A stretch of DNA of 64,000 nucleotides. Origin: Octopus sinensis. Lineage: Eukaryota. The translations under genes were made by a program, and so were the position numbers. Where the stretch lies: positions 4,480 to 68,479 of the forward strand of contig NW_021836170.1 of assembly GCF_006345805.1 (NCBI RefSeq), in the 5' to 3' direction. Under the pieces are notes generated by a model. That model searched no databases, was not told the DNA's origin, and worked only from the letters and a program-made list of their open reading frames with translations. Below, one piece after another: positions 13,846 to 26,145 of this stretch (positions are counted from its first letter, which is position 1; each line of letters opens with the position of its first letter).

Positions 13846-14437
13846 CGTAGCTGCAACAAAAAGCAAAAAATATAATTTTAAATCAAAATATTAAAAATAA
13901 AAAAATAATCAAGCAATATTACATTTCAATCAAGCGACAAAAGTATTTGAATTTATGAAAAATAAATACGTTCAGAGGAAAGATATTCAAAAACACAATC
14001 TACCTTTAGAATTTACAAATAAAACTTAAGATAATTTGGGGATTGAGCTTATTGGTTTATTCTGAAAAAGGATTTAGAACGTAACCCTAGATTTTATAGA
14101 ACTCGTCGAGGACAAGTTCATATTTGTCTGATAAGTACCAAACCATATGTCACTGCGGCAATCACTGAAGAATTGTTATATTAAAGATATGGGGAAAGGT
14201 TAATGGCTCCAAATCGATTTTTTTCTGTTTTCACATCTCATAACTTAGTCTAAACAAGCAATTAAAAAATCATTTATAGCATATTGAGCTGAAATGCGCT
14301 TATTTAATATTAAATGGAAAAAATACGACTTCATCTCAATGTTTCACTCATTTGGACATGTAGAAAAAAATAAATTGAGGGCACAAAAACAAAGTCATAA
14401 TGTTATTAGAAAAAAATAGAGTCAAAAATAATTAAAG

Positions 14438-15663
14438 CTATGATGGTCCTAGACAATCAGTACATCTCTCCATGCTATGATGATAGTTTTCCACCTGAAG
14501 ATATATTTCAGAAAAGTTGAACTCCATCCTTAACTTTTCTGAACATTCAGCTACAATTCTTTGTGAGTCGACTTCGCTGTCTATCAAAAATTAATGCAAT
14601 AAATTACCAATAGTTAAATGAGCTGCAATAACAAGCTTAGAGTGTGTAAGGGACCATGCTCGTATATTATGGCATGAACGAACTCCAGAAACGCTGCTGA
14701 GGCATTTCCAAAGTAAGTTATAGTCAACTCCAACGGGGACCGCTAAAATTGAAAAATCAAAATACCTTCCATAAGCACAAAAAATATGTCTCTCATGACT
14801 GTATAAGTGCTGATTACCACCAAAATTGAAAAAATAAAAGTACAAATTGGATCTACGATTTTTAGATTTGGCTAACATCATTTAAAGACAATTACTTTGA
14901 AATATATAATCAGAGCCGCAATAAAAACACCGATACTCTGAATTAAGTCTCCGATTACATGAATGAACGCAGCCGAGAGTCCAAGATGTTTTCCATGGCT
15001 TCTATGTGAATGTTCTTCTCCTGAATATAGCATAATTTACTACCCTGTTGAATCACATCGACTGATTTTGGCAATTCGTGGGAATGTTCGTGGCCGTGAT
15101 GCAACACTGTAACCAATCTAAACACTTTATAAAGTGTACTCTACATTATATTGAAGAATAATCCAGTTGATGCTATAATAACCATAATATTTGGGTTAAT
15201 GTCATATTCGTTTCTCTTAATTCTGATAACAGCAGCGTATACGAATACGACAGTTAAGTTGATAAGTAACATTATGGAAAGTAGTGACGCAAGTACCTCT
15301 GTGAGTTTTAAAAGTATAAATACCTATTCTATACCAACCAAAACTGAACTTTTTGGTAGAAGGTCGTGAGTGGAATACTAATGACAAGTAGCTCACCCCA
15401 ACGCTGATGACATCAACCAGCATATGTGAAGAATCTGTCATGATTGATATACTATTTGAAAGAATTCCACCTATTTTAAGAATCATTGATGTACCTATGA
15501 ATTCAACTAATGTGAACGTAGCAGACAAAATCAAAGCAATCAGAAGTTTCTTTTTCGCAATTCTTGTTTTGTTGTCAATTTCTCGAGGTGGATGGCAAGA
15601 ACAATTGTTCGCCAGTGAAGTTGTTTCTGTAAAAATCATAGAACCAGAATTCAAATTCAGCAT
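14438..15663 (-). CDS. Cation diffusion facilitator zinc transporter (SLC30A2/3/8-like ZnT)
   Basis: KKKLLIALILSATFTLVEFIG|GILSNSISIMTDSSHMLVD..PSTKKFSFGWYR; C-terminal ..WSLT..IAAHL and LQVENY..CTDCLGPS*. Confidence 0.93.
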
Positions 15664-16099
15664 GGTATATAAATCAGACTGGTTACCGCGAAAAAAGATA
15701 AGATAGCTATTCTAAACTAGCATAATTTAACGATTGAACATTAATTAAATAATCGATTGAGTGGCAAGTGGTTTTAATAATAATAATAAACCGATTAATT
15801 TTAATTCATTAGAACATTGTGAATAGATTCGCCTTTTCCAATTTAACCGCTTTTTAATTCTTTCTACTCGGTTAGGCCAAAAATTTACCGAAAAACAAGA
15901 AATTCATTAATTAGTAACGGTTTCGAATATATAAATGATTTATTACGGTATTTAAATTATTCTAGCAGTTATGTCTATTCTTAGAAACACGAACTTAATG
16001 ATTTTTAACTGATCGAAGCAAATTTAAAGATTATTTAAGCTAATCGTTTGTCTATTCTACCATTTATTTTATTAAGTTAATTTTATTTCATTGATGTTA

Positions 16100-17030
16100 A
16101 TCTGATTGTTGTCTGCTGAAAATTAATCTCCTCTTTTTAGAGGAGGAAGTAACCAACACCACTCTTTGATCCTCTGTCTTCAAGTTAGTTGCGATTCTTT
16201 TTCCCACACTATCTACATTTTCTTCGTACAAATGACTTGCTTCAATTAAGAGGCTACTGGCTGAATTATCTTTTCATCAGTGATTCTGATCCCGTATTTG
16301 TGCTCAACAATTATACTCTCCAGTGTTTTCTTTAACACAATTGATTTTATGTAACTCCAAGTTCCGTCATCGATAGCCAACTTTTCGATGTATTTCGTGA
16401 AAAATCTGTAAACGAACTCGTCCCAGGTCTAAACCAGTGGGATTATTCTCACATGAGCGTCGTAAAGAATAGACAACTCCCCGGCCAGTAGATCTTATTT
16501 ATGGCATTTCTCGACCTTGACCTGCTTAGGTGGTCCTGAGAAATGATTTCCACATCGATGAGAGTAATTTCGTTCTTAATTTTGTGGTACGAAAATATGT
16601 CAGACTTGTTGCACTGAATATTCGAGTCTGTAATTATTTGGGAATCGACTCGTATTTCGACATTTTGTGTGAATGTAATTGATTGGACAGGATAAACCTT
16701 TAATTTTTTGACTTTGCGGATTGCGTACTTCATACATAGATGCAAATGAATACATCTCAGGACCTCTTTATGTCTTCTGTTGTAATCACTTTTGAGCATT
16801 TTTCAACACCGGGTTGCCAAATGCCCAACAGTTTTTTTGCTTCTCATACAATGATTGCAAAATGCTCCCTTGGTTGAAAAGAATAGATTCCTATCCTCCA
16901 GTAGACAATATAGTGCCTCACTTCTGGGGGAAACATTTCCTCTCTAAAGCCAGCCGCTGGTCATTTAGACATTTGAATAATATGGAATGCAGAGCTTTAC
17001 ATTTGATTTTCTTGATTAACTAATTCATGT
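16100..17030 (-). mobile_element. R4-like non-LTR 3' fragment (CCHC knuckle and REL endonuclease)
   Basis: DYNRRHKEVLRCIHLHL..EIRVDSQI..NKSDIF..ITLIDV..; TWD..KTLESII. Confidence 0.75.
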
Positions 17031-17549
17031 TGGCGGTTGTGATAGACTTCGCACAGATGCTTTCTCTGCTCTGAATACCATATTTGGGGCTAGAAATCCT
17101 GCGATCATGGAAAGGGCAATTTATTTGTTTTAATTGATCGCAGAATCCCCGACCTCCTCAGGCAAACTAAAGACATTCTCTTAAGGCCACCCAAAATTGG
17201 AATAGCATAAATTCACTTTTAAAAACACTCGACGTTAATCCTTTTCAAAGGTTTTTCCTGCATAAATACAGCCGCTCTTTGTTCGCCGGCTTTAATTGCA
17301 TTTTGAGGAAGACAAGCAAGCCCCTTTTGCAGGTCGATATTTTCGAATTCGGTGGGCCTACAGGCCCCAAAACTCCACCACAGCGTTCTCATAGAAATTG
17401 TGTCGGGACTAGGGAGCAGAACCGGGCAAAGATGAGGACCCTCCTCAGAGAAGCCGGGATCACCTGATTAATTAGTTCTATGTTTTGGACGGCGATCTTG
17501 GTTTTAATAATAATAATTAATTACTACTGAATTAATTTAAATATATTTC

Positions 17550-18464
17550 ATGTTGCTCCAAAGTGATGGTAATTCACTTGTATATATTAAAGAAAATACA
17601 TTTTCCAAAATATGCTCTGATGCTGAACATAAAAAGGAGTCTAACTTTATACGGCAATCTCTTTCGTACTTTTACGAGGCTTTTACTCGTTTTAGGTTGA
17701 CTTAATTTTATTTAATGAAAATTTATTTACCTAAGCTAATTAAAATTTGACGTCAATTTGAATAGTTTTGATGAAATGTGCATAGCTTTTGGCGGAGGAA
17801 AGGAATCAACAATTGTCCTATATTTATTCATGAGTGCGTGGAAGCGACAGTTAGTAAAGTCTACAAACTTAACTTCTAGTGCGGGTTCTTTATCAAAAAT
17901 AGAAATATTAATTCTTCACATTTCCACCGGACCCGAATTTCCAGAATTAACAAATTTCATACAAGAATCTGTTAATAGGTTAAATAAATATATTTAAACA
18001 AAGATTTAATTTAAAATACGTTCACTACTGTGGGAACTATAAGGAATCACTATATCAGTTTACTAAAGACAACAGAAAGATAAAGGCCGTATTTATGGGA
18101 ACAAGGGGAGACGACTTTGGTAAAGACACAAATGTTGTAATTTTTTCAGAATATTCGATTGCTCCGTTTATGCCTTGTGATGAAGGTTGGCCTCCTTTAA
18201 TTAGAGTGAATCCAATTTTGTCGTGGAACTACAGAGAAGTCTGGAATTTTATTGAACGTTATAATATTGATCAGTGCCAATTGTATGAAATGGGGTTCAC
18301 TTAACTGATTAAGTAAAAGATATTCTTCGATTGGTGAAAAATATACGACTCAGAGAAATCCTAACCTTGTCACTTCTCTTAATGGAATTACAAACTATAT
18401 CAAAGCTTCAAAACTTGAACAAGTGGGGACCGAACGTATTGGACGGGCTAAAAAATCTGAGTAA
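17550..18464 (+). CDS. FLAD1: FAD synthase (PAPS-reductase-fold FMN adenylyltransferase domain only)
   Basis: IAFGGGKESTIVLYL, FPELTNFI, KAVFMGTRGDD, DEGWPPLIRVNPILSWNYREVWNFI..LYEMG..SSIG..RNPNL..ERIGR. Several short introns restore one frame. Confidence 0.9.
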
Positions 18465-18554
18465 AAATAGTATGATAATGTCTTTTTATTTATTTTATCT
18501 CATTAAAATTATTTAAAAAAGTATTATCTGAGTAATTAGCTTTTGGTCTAGTTA

Positions 18555-18690
18555 TACCGGGCAGGTAAATGGTCGAAAATCCGTTGCTAAACTCTAGTCC
18601 CGGGTTCGATTCTCAGAAGCTGTCTGTACCGAAAGTTCCGATTGGGTTTGACTAGTGACGCCGTTATTGACATCCCATTACAAGCGAATT
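18555..18690 (+). repeat. Candidate tRNA-derived SINE copy (head plus partial body)
   Basis: A-box-like GGCAGGTAAATGG, B-box GGTTCGATTC, then CCGAAAGTTCC..TTGACTAGTGACGCCGTTA shared with 21140, 26020 and 47905. Confidence 0.45.
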
Positions 18691-18699
18691 CCAAGCACT

Positions 18700-18970
18700 A
18701 TCTGGACTTCGGTACGTCTTAGCTTCCTGTCACACTGAACGGGTGAAGAACTTAATCAATTATTTGCAGAATTTTGTTCATCGTACCTGGATGAAAAAAT
18801 GATGAATAATTTTTCTACAAATGAAAAAATGCAATTATTTAGAAGATTGTAATTTACTTTTTGAAACCACTTCATTTCACCTTTCTAACCTTTATTCCCC
18901 ATACGGAAAACGTGTTGAAGAAATGGAATAAGAAACTAAACTTTCTTAAAGCATTTCTTGGAAACTTGAA
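18700..18970 (-). repeat. About 260-bp segment near-identical (inverted) to 32445-32700; probably R4-like element interior
   Basis: Direct comparison shows long identical stretches, e.g. CTTAATCAATTATTTGCAGAATTTTGTTCATCGTACCTGGATG. Confidence 0.7.
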
Positions 18971-19199
18971 CAGCCACACTTGAATAAAAAGAAAACTCAA
19001 AAGACAAGAGAAATTTATCTATGCCTCAACTAGAAATTAATTAGAATAACCAACTTACTTGTTATCTCTTGCTCTTGAAAAATTCTGTGTCTGGTACAAG
19101 CGAAATCTTACGTGTTGTTGTTTAGTTATACAAATTCATTTTAAAAAAAACCTGCTTATATCTTGATGTGAACTCCTCCTGAAAGAGAAAATAACAATG

Positions 19200-20870
19200 T
19201 TATTATTCATAATATATTTAGAGCAGGATGGACAAACGCGTCGGAGAGGGAGACCTTCGATGGAGAGTCTTGCCATCGCAAAAGGGACTGAGTGCACGAC
19301 CCGTAAGGACTAGGTTAAATCTACTCTTTCGCAAGTGCTGGGAAGAGCTTCCAGGATGTCCAGGAATTTTTGACCTATTTTTCTTCAATGCTTCAAATTA
19401 CGTTTTTGCGCGAATTTGTCTCTGAATGCACTGAAGAACCTGGCTAAAACTTCTTTTCAGGCTTGCGAAGGAAAACTTTTTCTGCGATTACGCCGTCAGG
19501 ATGCTCATGTTCTCAACAAAACGAGCACCAGAGTAGCGAGTTAGCCCTATTTTTGCAGGTTAGCAAGGTATTAAGTAGACATCCCTACTCTCTGAGAATT
19601 GTTTTTTCCTCATTACGGACCGCAGAATGACCCGAAATATATCTAGGTGGCAACTCAGGACTGACGTTATGAGTTGCATCAATTGTGCAATATCTTACGC
19701 GATCGTGCGTAATGCTCCAGAGACAATGGACGATATTTATCTCTATTTGTACTTGGCACAGACAACCTATGAAGGAATCACACAGAAGCTTGGGACAAAG
19801 AGTTGATGGAAATTTCGTCGAGCACACCCTGCCAAATGGAATTTTAATGAATTGAAATGTGTGCAGGCAAAGAGGATGGAGTTGATTGTTTTTTATCAGA
19901 AGAAGCTCTCAACCCACGAATTTCGGTGTCAGGGAAGGCGAGAGAACAACTTGTCTCAGTTAAATTCCAGACTGTTCTATTGGCGGTTGCATGGAGAGAC
20001 GAAGGAGGTTACCCGCATGAGGCCAAAATGCCTGACACATGAGGAAGTATGTGGAAATCAGGTCCACTATGAGTAAGTCGTTTTGCTTTTGTATATCTGA
20101 TACTCTCATGATTACCAAGTTTTGTGGTGTCTGACATCCGTTAGAAGTTCAATGAAGTAGTAACCCATTTCTCTCACTGGAAGACAATTGGGATCAATGA
20201 GATGTATAATTTATTTCTAAAAAACTGCAAACCACTTCATGATTGTATGTTTCGAGCAATTGAAAGTTTGCACTTGACCCTGGCTCGATTCCAGAAAGGT
20301 TATTTTCCGGGGTCACTTATGTGATTCCTTAAGTAAATAACTCGTCTGCTCCGACAGTGATTATCCGACATTTTTTTACAAATTGAACTCGCATCAATGA
20401 ACGCAGCCGCGCAACCACACTCAGCGGACTGGTTAAATGCCGTCCCACTATCCTCAGCCGGTTTACTCTTGTATGATTAGTCAGTTCGACTCGGTACCTG
20501 TCTTCGACTAGGAATCCCTCTTTGCCATCCCCACCCGTGCAAGTGTGGGCAGTTGATAGACTCTGATGCCCTCCACCCTCATTCCTGCCGGTTAAGTGCT
20601 AGACGTACTCCGAGACACCCCAATTTGAACAACGTCGTCAAACGGGGCCTTAATGCGCAAGCTTCCCTTATGTTCTGGAGCTCACTGGTCTTGATCGCGG
20701 AGACGGTAAGCGTCGGACAGAATGACGGTCTTTCCATACAGCGAGGGGAAGTTTCTCGTATAGGATGTAACCTGTGCGGACAGTTATTAAGTCTGCGTTG
20801 TGTCCTGGATTCATGAGAAAGTAAACGCTTTAAACTGAACAATGGATTCTTATGCGAATCTGAAAACAAT
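19200..20870 (+). mobile_element. CRE-clade non-LTR retrotransposon remnant
   Basis: CLRLGIPLCHPHPCKCGQLIDSDALHPHSCRLSARRTPRHPNLNNVVKRGL (CCHC region) followed by PDG..FPYSEGK..DVTCAD-like REL motif. Confidence 0.75.
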
Positions 20871-21139
20871 TACTTTTAATTAAGTCTTTAATTTGTTTAG
20901 TCTGGTGGATAATCAAGTTTTGATTTAAAATTAATGTGACGACAAGCCCATACTTTTGTTGCTTCTCGACCCAGTATACAAGTTCTTGTTCAAGTGCTGG
21001 CCCCCGGAAGCTTTTTTAATAGCACATTTGTTTCTTTGCATAGGTATGTTGCATTGTGTTTCCAATTTCTTACCAGTTTCTTATTTACGTCAAACTTTCT
21101 TGAAGCGGTACAGTTGTTAATTTCTTAGACAAAGTTTAC

Positions 21140-21300
21140 AACTGTTATCATTTCGGCCGAAGGTTCCATGCATATTATATGCACCCCGGATTACATGCAC
21201 CCCGGATTGACGAGTGACGCCGTTATCAGTGATACCACTGCGGAACCGGATGTCTACTTCAGCCACACTCGAAAAGAAAAATAGATGAAGCAGAGACCCA
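21140..21300 (+). repeat. Structured SINE-like repeat copy
   Basis: TTATCATTTCGGCCGAAGGTTCC..GGATTGACGAGTGACGCCGTTATCAGTGATACCACTGCGGAACCGGATGTC followed by an A-rich tail. Confidence 0.7.
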
Positions 21301-21787
21301 TGTCTTCGTTTGGATTGTCTTCCTTTGGATTAGTTAGTTTCTTAATAACATGTTCTCTCTCTGTTTTGATCTTATGTGGCTGGCCCAAGCGAGATGTTAA
21401 CATTCCGTTCTCATCTTGCGGCAGGGCTTGTTGTTGTTACAACTGTAGTCTGATATTTCATTTGTCTAGACATGGATAGGTATAATGGTTGGATGTTTAA
21501 GTGGTTATAATTTTTTAAAAGACAAGTGGTTTTAATGAGCTTGAACTAGATTCATTAGAGTAAGACAGCAGTGTTAAAACCAGTTAGGAAGCAATGCTGC
21601 ACCCTAATTAGGAGACAATTATATAAGGAAGGAACTTTGCAGTTAAAAAATCCCCGAGGGAATATTTAGTGATAAGCTATATTGATTAATTTAAAAATTG
21701 CCACAATATCTGCCATATGGAACATATGTGACCAAACCAATAAAAATTAATAAGAATAACCAATATAACATTCGATTAATAAATATG

Positions 21788-22509
21788 TCAAGTCACCGTT
21801 TCAAATAGAAGGCCAATGAAGTGGGTCAAATCGAATAAAATCAAAGTTTTCAGACCAATCTGGACGACTCTCCAAATAATTTGTTTCACAAGATTCATCC
21901 ATTTGAAGGCTTGCCGGCTCAACTGGAGGAAAATTAGTGTCACCCCCAAAAATATTATCCCAGGAATAAAAAATGTTATCAAATGGTTCCAAATATGAAA
22001 AAGTAGGCTCATTAGAGGACGAATTGAGAAACATCTTATCGTCTCCACCAATAGGGTCTTCGTCCAATATAACGAGCTCTCCCAATCCCTTTGAGTTCTC
22101 TGGGCAAAAAGGAGTAGAGAGAAAAGTGTCGTCATCTTCCACTGCGGAGAAGATTCAAGTTCTGCAGACTTGTTTGGAAACGACACTTCCTCAATCCTCC
22201 TAGTTCCCTCAGATGGGTTTAAAAGTTTTTGAGTTAAAAGTTGATTGCGTTTCATTAATTGCAAATTTTGAAGCTTAAGTTGAGCGTTGGTCTCTTCCAA
22301 GGTCAACAACTGCTCTTCTAGAGAGCTCACGTAGATTTTTTTCCTGTCACGAGCTATTTGAGCAGCAATTCGGTTCTTTACTTTTCTATATAGTGGTTAA
22401 TACTTTTAGTTTACCTTTTCTGAAGCTTTTCTTGCGCAGTTAACCGAGTATTTACACAAGTTAAAGATACAGGAAATTGACCAGAATTAACAACCAAACG
22501 CTTATCCAT
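21788..22509 (-). CDS. XBP1: X-box binding protein 1 (bZIP), with overlapping unspliced (stop 21788) and IRE1-spliced (stop 21801) products
   Basis: MDKRL..LTAQEKLQKR|KVKNRIAAQIARDRKKIYVSSLEEQLLTLEETNAQLKLQN, with a 29-nt GT-AG intron at 22386-22414; matches the XBP1 bZIP (RRKLKNRVAAQTARDRKK). A second overlapping acidic ORF is reachable through a 20-nt non-canonical intron. Confidence 0.95.
22145..22164 (-). other. IRE1-type unconventional 20-nt intron (CTG|CAG ... CCG|CAG) in twin stem-loops
   Basis: Minus strand reads caagt-CTGCAGA-acttg and atcttct-CCGCAGT-ggaagat. Excision of 20 nt joins NKSA to VEDDDTFL in the second ORF. Confidence 0.9.
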
Positions 22510-22639
22510 ATAAATAAACCAAATTATTTAAAAATTAGTTTAAAATTAGTTTAGCCATATAATATTTTTATTATTATAATATTTAAAAAAACAAATTAAT
22601 TAACCAAAACGATTAATTATTAATTTTTAATTAATGCGT

Positions 22640-23560
22640 CTGCTCTCAGTCGATTCTCTTCCTCTTTGAACCAGAGCCAATCTTTTCAATGCCCACACTC
22701 ATCCATCTCACAGGACCAGGCTCCTCTGTGGTCGCTATCAAGTCTGACTCAATACCTACCCACACTCGGCAAACTTTCTCCTTTGTTTTAAATCAAGACT
22801 TTTGACATTCTTCCGGCAGAATTATTTCAAACTTATGTTCTTTACGCATACTCTCCAATCTTTTCCGAATAACCACAGACTGAATGTAAGCTCGTGTATG
22901 TTCTTTGAGACCGATTGAGTCGCATTATAAACGTCGTCTATGTTAATAAAAATGGCACCTGTAACCTTGGCGTTGTGAATTACTCTGAGTTTACTGGAAA
23001 GCAAATCGTATTTATGGAGCTTTTCCACCTCAACCTGACTTATAAGCATGATTATGTTCCTCATTTTGTCGAGTACGAAGATGTGCGGCTTGTCTTTATT
23101 GTCAGGTCAACACAAATCTCCACAGAGTTATTCGCAGCCACTGACTCAACAGAGTGGATTTTCAATTTTCTAGATTTCTTAATTCCATACTCCTTGCATT
23201 AATTCTGATGTATACACTTCATTATTTCGTTGTGTCTTCGTAGGTAGTCACTATTTATCATTTGACCACATCTAAATGATTAACTGTTTTTCTGACTCAG
23301 TTAAAGTGACTGCACAATGCTCTAGCATTGTCGGAAATAATAAGTTCCCGTATTAGACACGGCAGCCCCTTGGTTCTCAGTGAGTTATTTCCATGTGATA
23401 ACCACCAAGACAATTCCTTCAGATCCACGTCCAAATCATCATACCAATTAAACAAAATAGAGTGAACGGGCTTTCTCCGTACATTCTTGAATTCTTAGTT
23501 CATACAGGAAAAGTGCCATCATCGTAGTTCACCTTTGTAGCGACGACATGGAAATAACTA
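22640..23560 (-). mobile_element. R4-like non-LTR fragments
   Basis: QVEVEKLHKYDLLSSKL, the same REL C-terminal motif as at 34720, 35210 and 50520. Confidence 0.65.
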
Positions 23561-24042
23561 TTCAGTTACGAAGGGAGACTACATGATTTTCCGTTGTAAA
23601 AAAATTTTACTAATTTGTTGGCTTCTGAAGTAACTTCAAAAATGATGGTTTTGAAAATAATTTTCTGGATCACCGGAGCTATTATTTAATTAAATTACAT
23701 GGTTATTTCAGGTCAAATGAACACATAAACCTCTTCTTTTTAGGTACTTTCCCCAATCCCTTGTCAACAAAATTAGCAACGATTCATACTAAAAGTTGAG
23801 AATCCACTTATTATATTTACATTATTTTCCTGATATTCTTCTAGTTCTAAACGATTTTATTTGAACCTCAAATTGTTTACCATAACCTGCTGGCAGTCAT
23901 CATGGCAATTCATCTATTCCCTAATCAACATACATTAAGTTTACCCTCTGTTGCTCGCCATTTCTATAACTCGCCACTTTTTTGGAAAAAATGCCATTTT
24001 TACTAACAACAAGCCCTGCCGCAAGATGAGAACAATATATTA

Positions 24043-25592
24043 TGTGACATGGTTTGCGTGACACCTATGGGCCGCGTGTTACCTGACGTGACCTTGAAGC
24101 TTAACTTAATGTCAATATTGTAATTAATATTAAACTTCAAAGAATAATAACTTGTTAATTATTTTTTAAGTCTGGACATTGGCACAATCGAAATTTCGCT
24201 CATCGAATTTTTTATCTATTAAATTTAAATGTTTAAACTACCTCAACGCGATTGTTCGATAAAATACTGATAATTTCTGCAGATGGATAATATGGAGATT
24301 CAAACTTATCCAGTCGCAACGAAGGATTTGTTCCAAAGTCTTTTTTAACTCGAACCTAAACATTAATTTTTATGCATACCTTATCACCAACACTAAATTC
24401 ATACTTACTATTGTGAACATTCATTTTTCTGTTCATCGCTTTGTAATAATTAGAATTAGGATCAATGGGGTGATTTCGAACTGAATCTTTTCGGACTTGT
24501 AAACGAATAATTACAATCATCTACATATAGAATTCAAATTACATGAATTTTCAATTGGACTCGGACAATTGTTTGCATCATCGACTTGATCAGGACTCAA
24601 CAAATCATTACTTGAATTATCTAAGGAATAATTTTATAATTACAACCAAAATATTGTATTTATTCCACTTATTCCCCGGTATCTTTCAAAAGGGCTCTCA
24701 TTAGAAGATGAGTGGACAGAAATGTTATAACTGTACACTGCATTTTCTAATTTTTCCAGCCACTTTTTTTATCATTGTCGATCATTTTGCCATTTTTCTT
24801 GTAATTGACTGGTTGAAGCGTTCGACAATCCCTTGTGAGCGGGGATTGTTTGGCCTTCCGTGAATTCGTTTGATATTGAATTCCTCACATAGATTGGTCA
24901 TTTCACGATTCTTGAATTCAGTCCCATTATCGGACTGAAGAAATTGACACGGACCATTTAAGAAAAATAATGATCTAAGGTTTTCACAAACTTCATTTGA
25001 GGACTTAGTGTAGAGCGGCCTCGCAAATGCAAATCTATAAAAATTGATAAAAAACTAACCTGCTATATACGTCAATGACCGTTAAAATCCATTGTCTAGA
25101 CAAATCACTAGCTTGTGATCTGAATTCGCACATTTAAGATACAATCTATACATTTACAATTTGTATGATACCTTTCATTAATTACAGTAAAATTTTCAAT
25201 TTTCTTAACTAGTCTATATTTTTTTTGCTTTGTAAGATATTCAGGAAATTTATCCTGTAAAGCATCTTTTAAAATTTGATATTCCAAACTATTCTTTACA
25301 TAACCTTTGTACGAGGACATTGCTGCAAATATACTTGCACGCTAGAAATAATTCAAGAAATTTAGGTTTTCCACCAAAAAAAAATTAATTTCTGATAATT
25401 AAATTCCTATAAATATAATTTTTTGTCAAAATGAGAGAGTCTTTAGCTAATTTAGTAAATTATTAAATGATAAGAATGAGTCGCGGTCTAATTAAAAGAT
25501 TTATAATTTAATCCCATCAATGTCATAATTGTACATTTCAAGGTCACGTCAGGTATCGCGCAAACCATAGGTATCGCGCAAACCATGTCACA
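24043..25592 (-). mobile_element. Ginger-type (integrase-like DDE) DNA transposon, decayed
   Basis: TGTGACATGGTTTGCG TIR at 24043 and inverted copy ending 25592. Integrase core FARPLYTKS..LQSDNGTEFKN..HGRPNNPRSQGIVERFN and C-terminal FSVGDKV. No clean TSD. Confidence 0.8.
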
Positions 25593-25639
25593 TATGGGAT
25601 CTGGGATCATTAATTTATCTATAATTGTCCGAAATTTTT

Positions 25640-25760
25640 TATTTTATGGTCTCCCTTAATAGGTTCTTCAATGCTTTTTTTCCATTTGGCGTGCTGAAAA
25701 CATTTTGATATTGTATCCACCGACGCATTTTTCCAGGCAAGATAAGAAAATAAAAACTCA
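25640..25760 (-). mobile_element. pogo/Tigger transposase C-terminal scrap
   Basis: LAWKNASVDTISKCF, compare AWEDVSEKTIANCF in ORF 33198-33785. Confidence 0.45.
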
Positions 25761-25929
25761 GAGAAGAGTTATCAACAAGATAAATTATAATTTCTCTTTT
25801 TGATTATAAGATAAACTAGAACACTTCCTCATGTTACACAAAAAGATACGCGGTATAAATATTCACAAAATTATTTTTGTAATAATAAATTATTATTTTT
25901 TTTAATACTAAAACGTGGCGAATAAGAGA

Positions 25930-26145
25930 ATTTGGCGAGCAATGGAATTTTCGGCCGGATGATGCAGTGCTTGAAGGATTTGGGCAGTTTTGCAAAGCTC
26001 CCTGATTCGAATCTCAATCTTATCATTCCGCCTGAAGGTTCCATTCATATTAAATGCACCGGATTGACGAGTGACACCGTCATCAGTGATTTCACTGCGA
26101 AACCGGATGTCTCCTCGGCCACAAAAGAAAGGAAAAATAAATGGA
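25930..26145 (+). repeat. Structured SINE-like repeat copy, followed by a solo Ginger TIR (26150-26180)
   Basis: B-box-like GATTCGAATCTC, shared body and A-rich tail, then CCCATAGGTGTCACGCAAACCATGTCACA, an exact inverse of the 24043 TIR. Confidence 0.7.

Noticed and set aside
15151-15706. Plus-strand ORFs over the zinc transporter, and similar antisense ORFs at 21816, 47172 and 52421
   Set aside because: They are antisense shadows of recognisable genes and have no motifs of their own.
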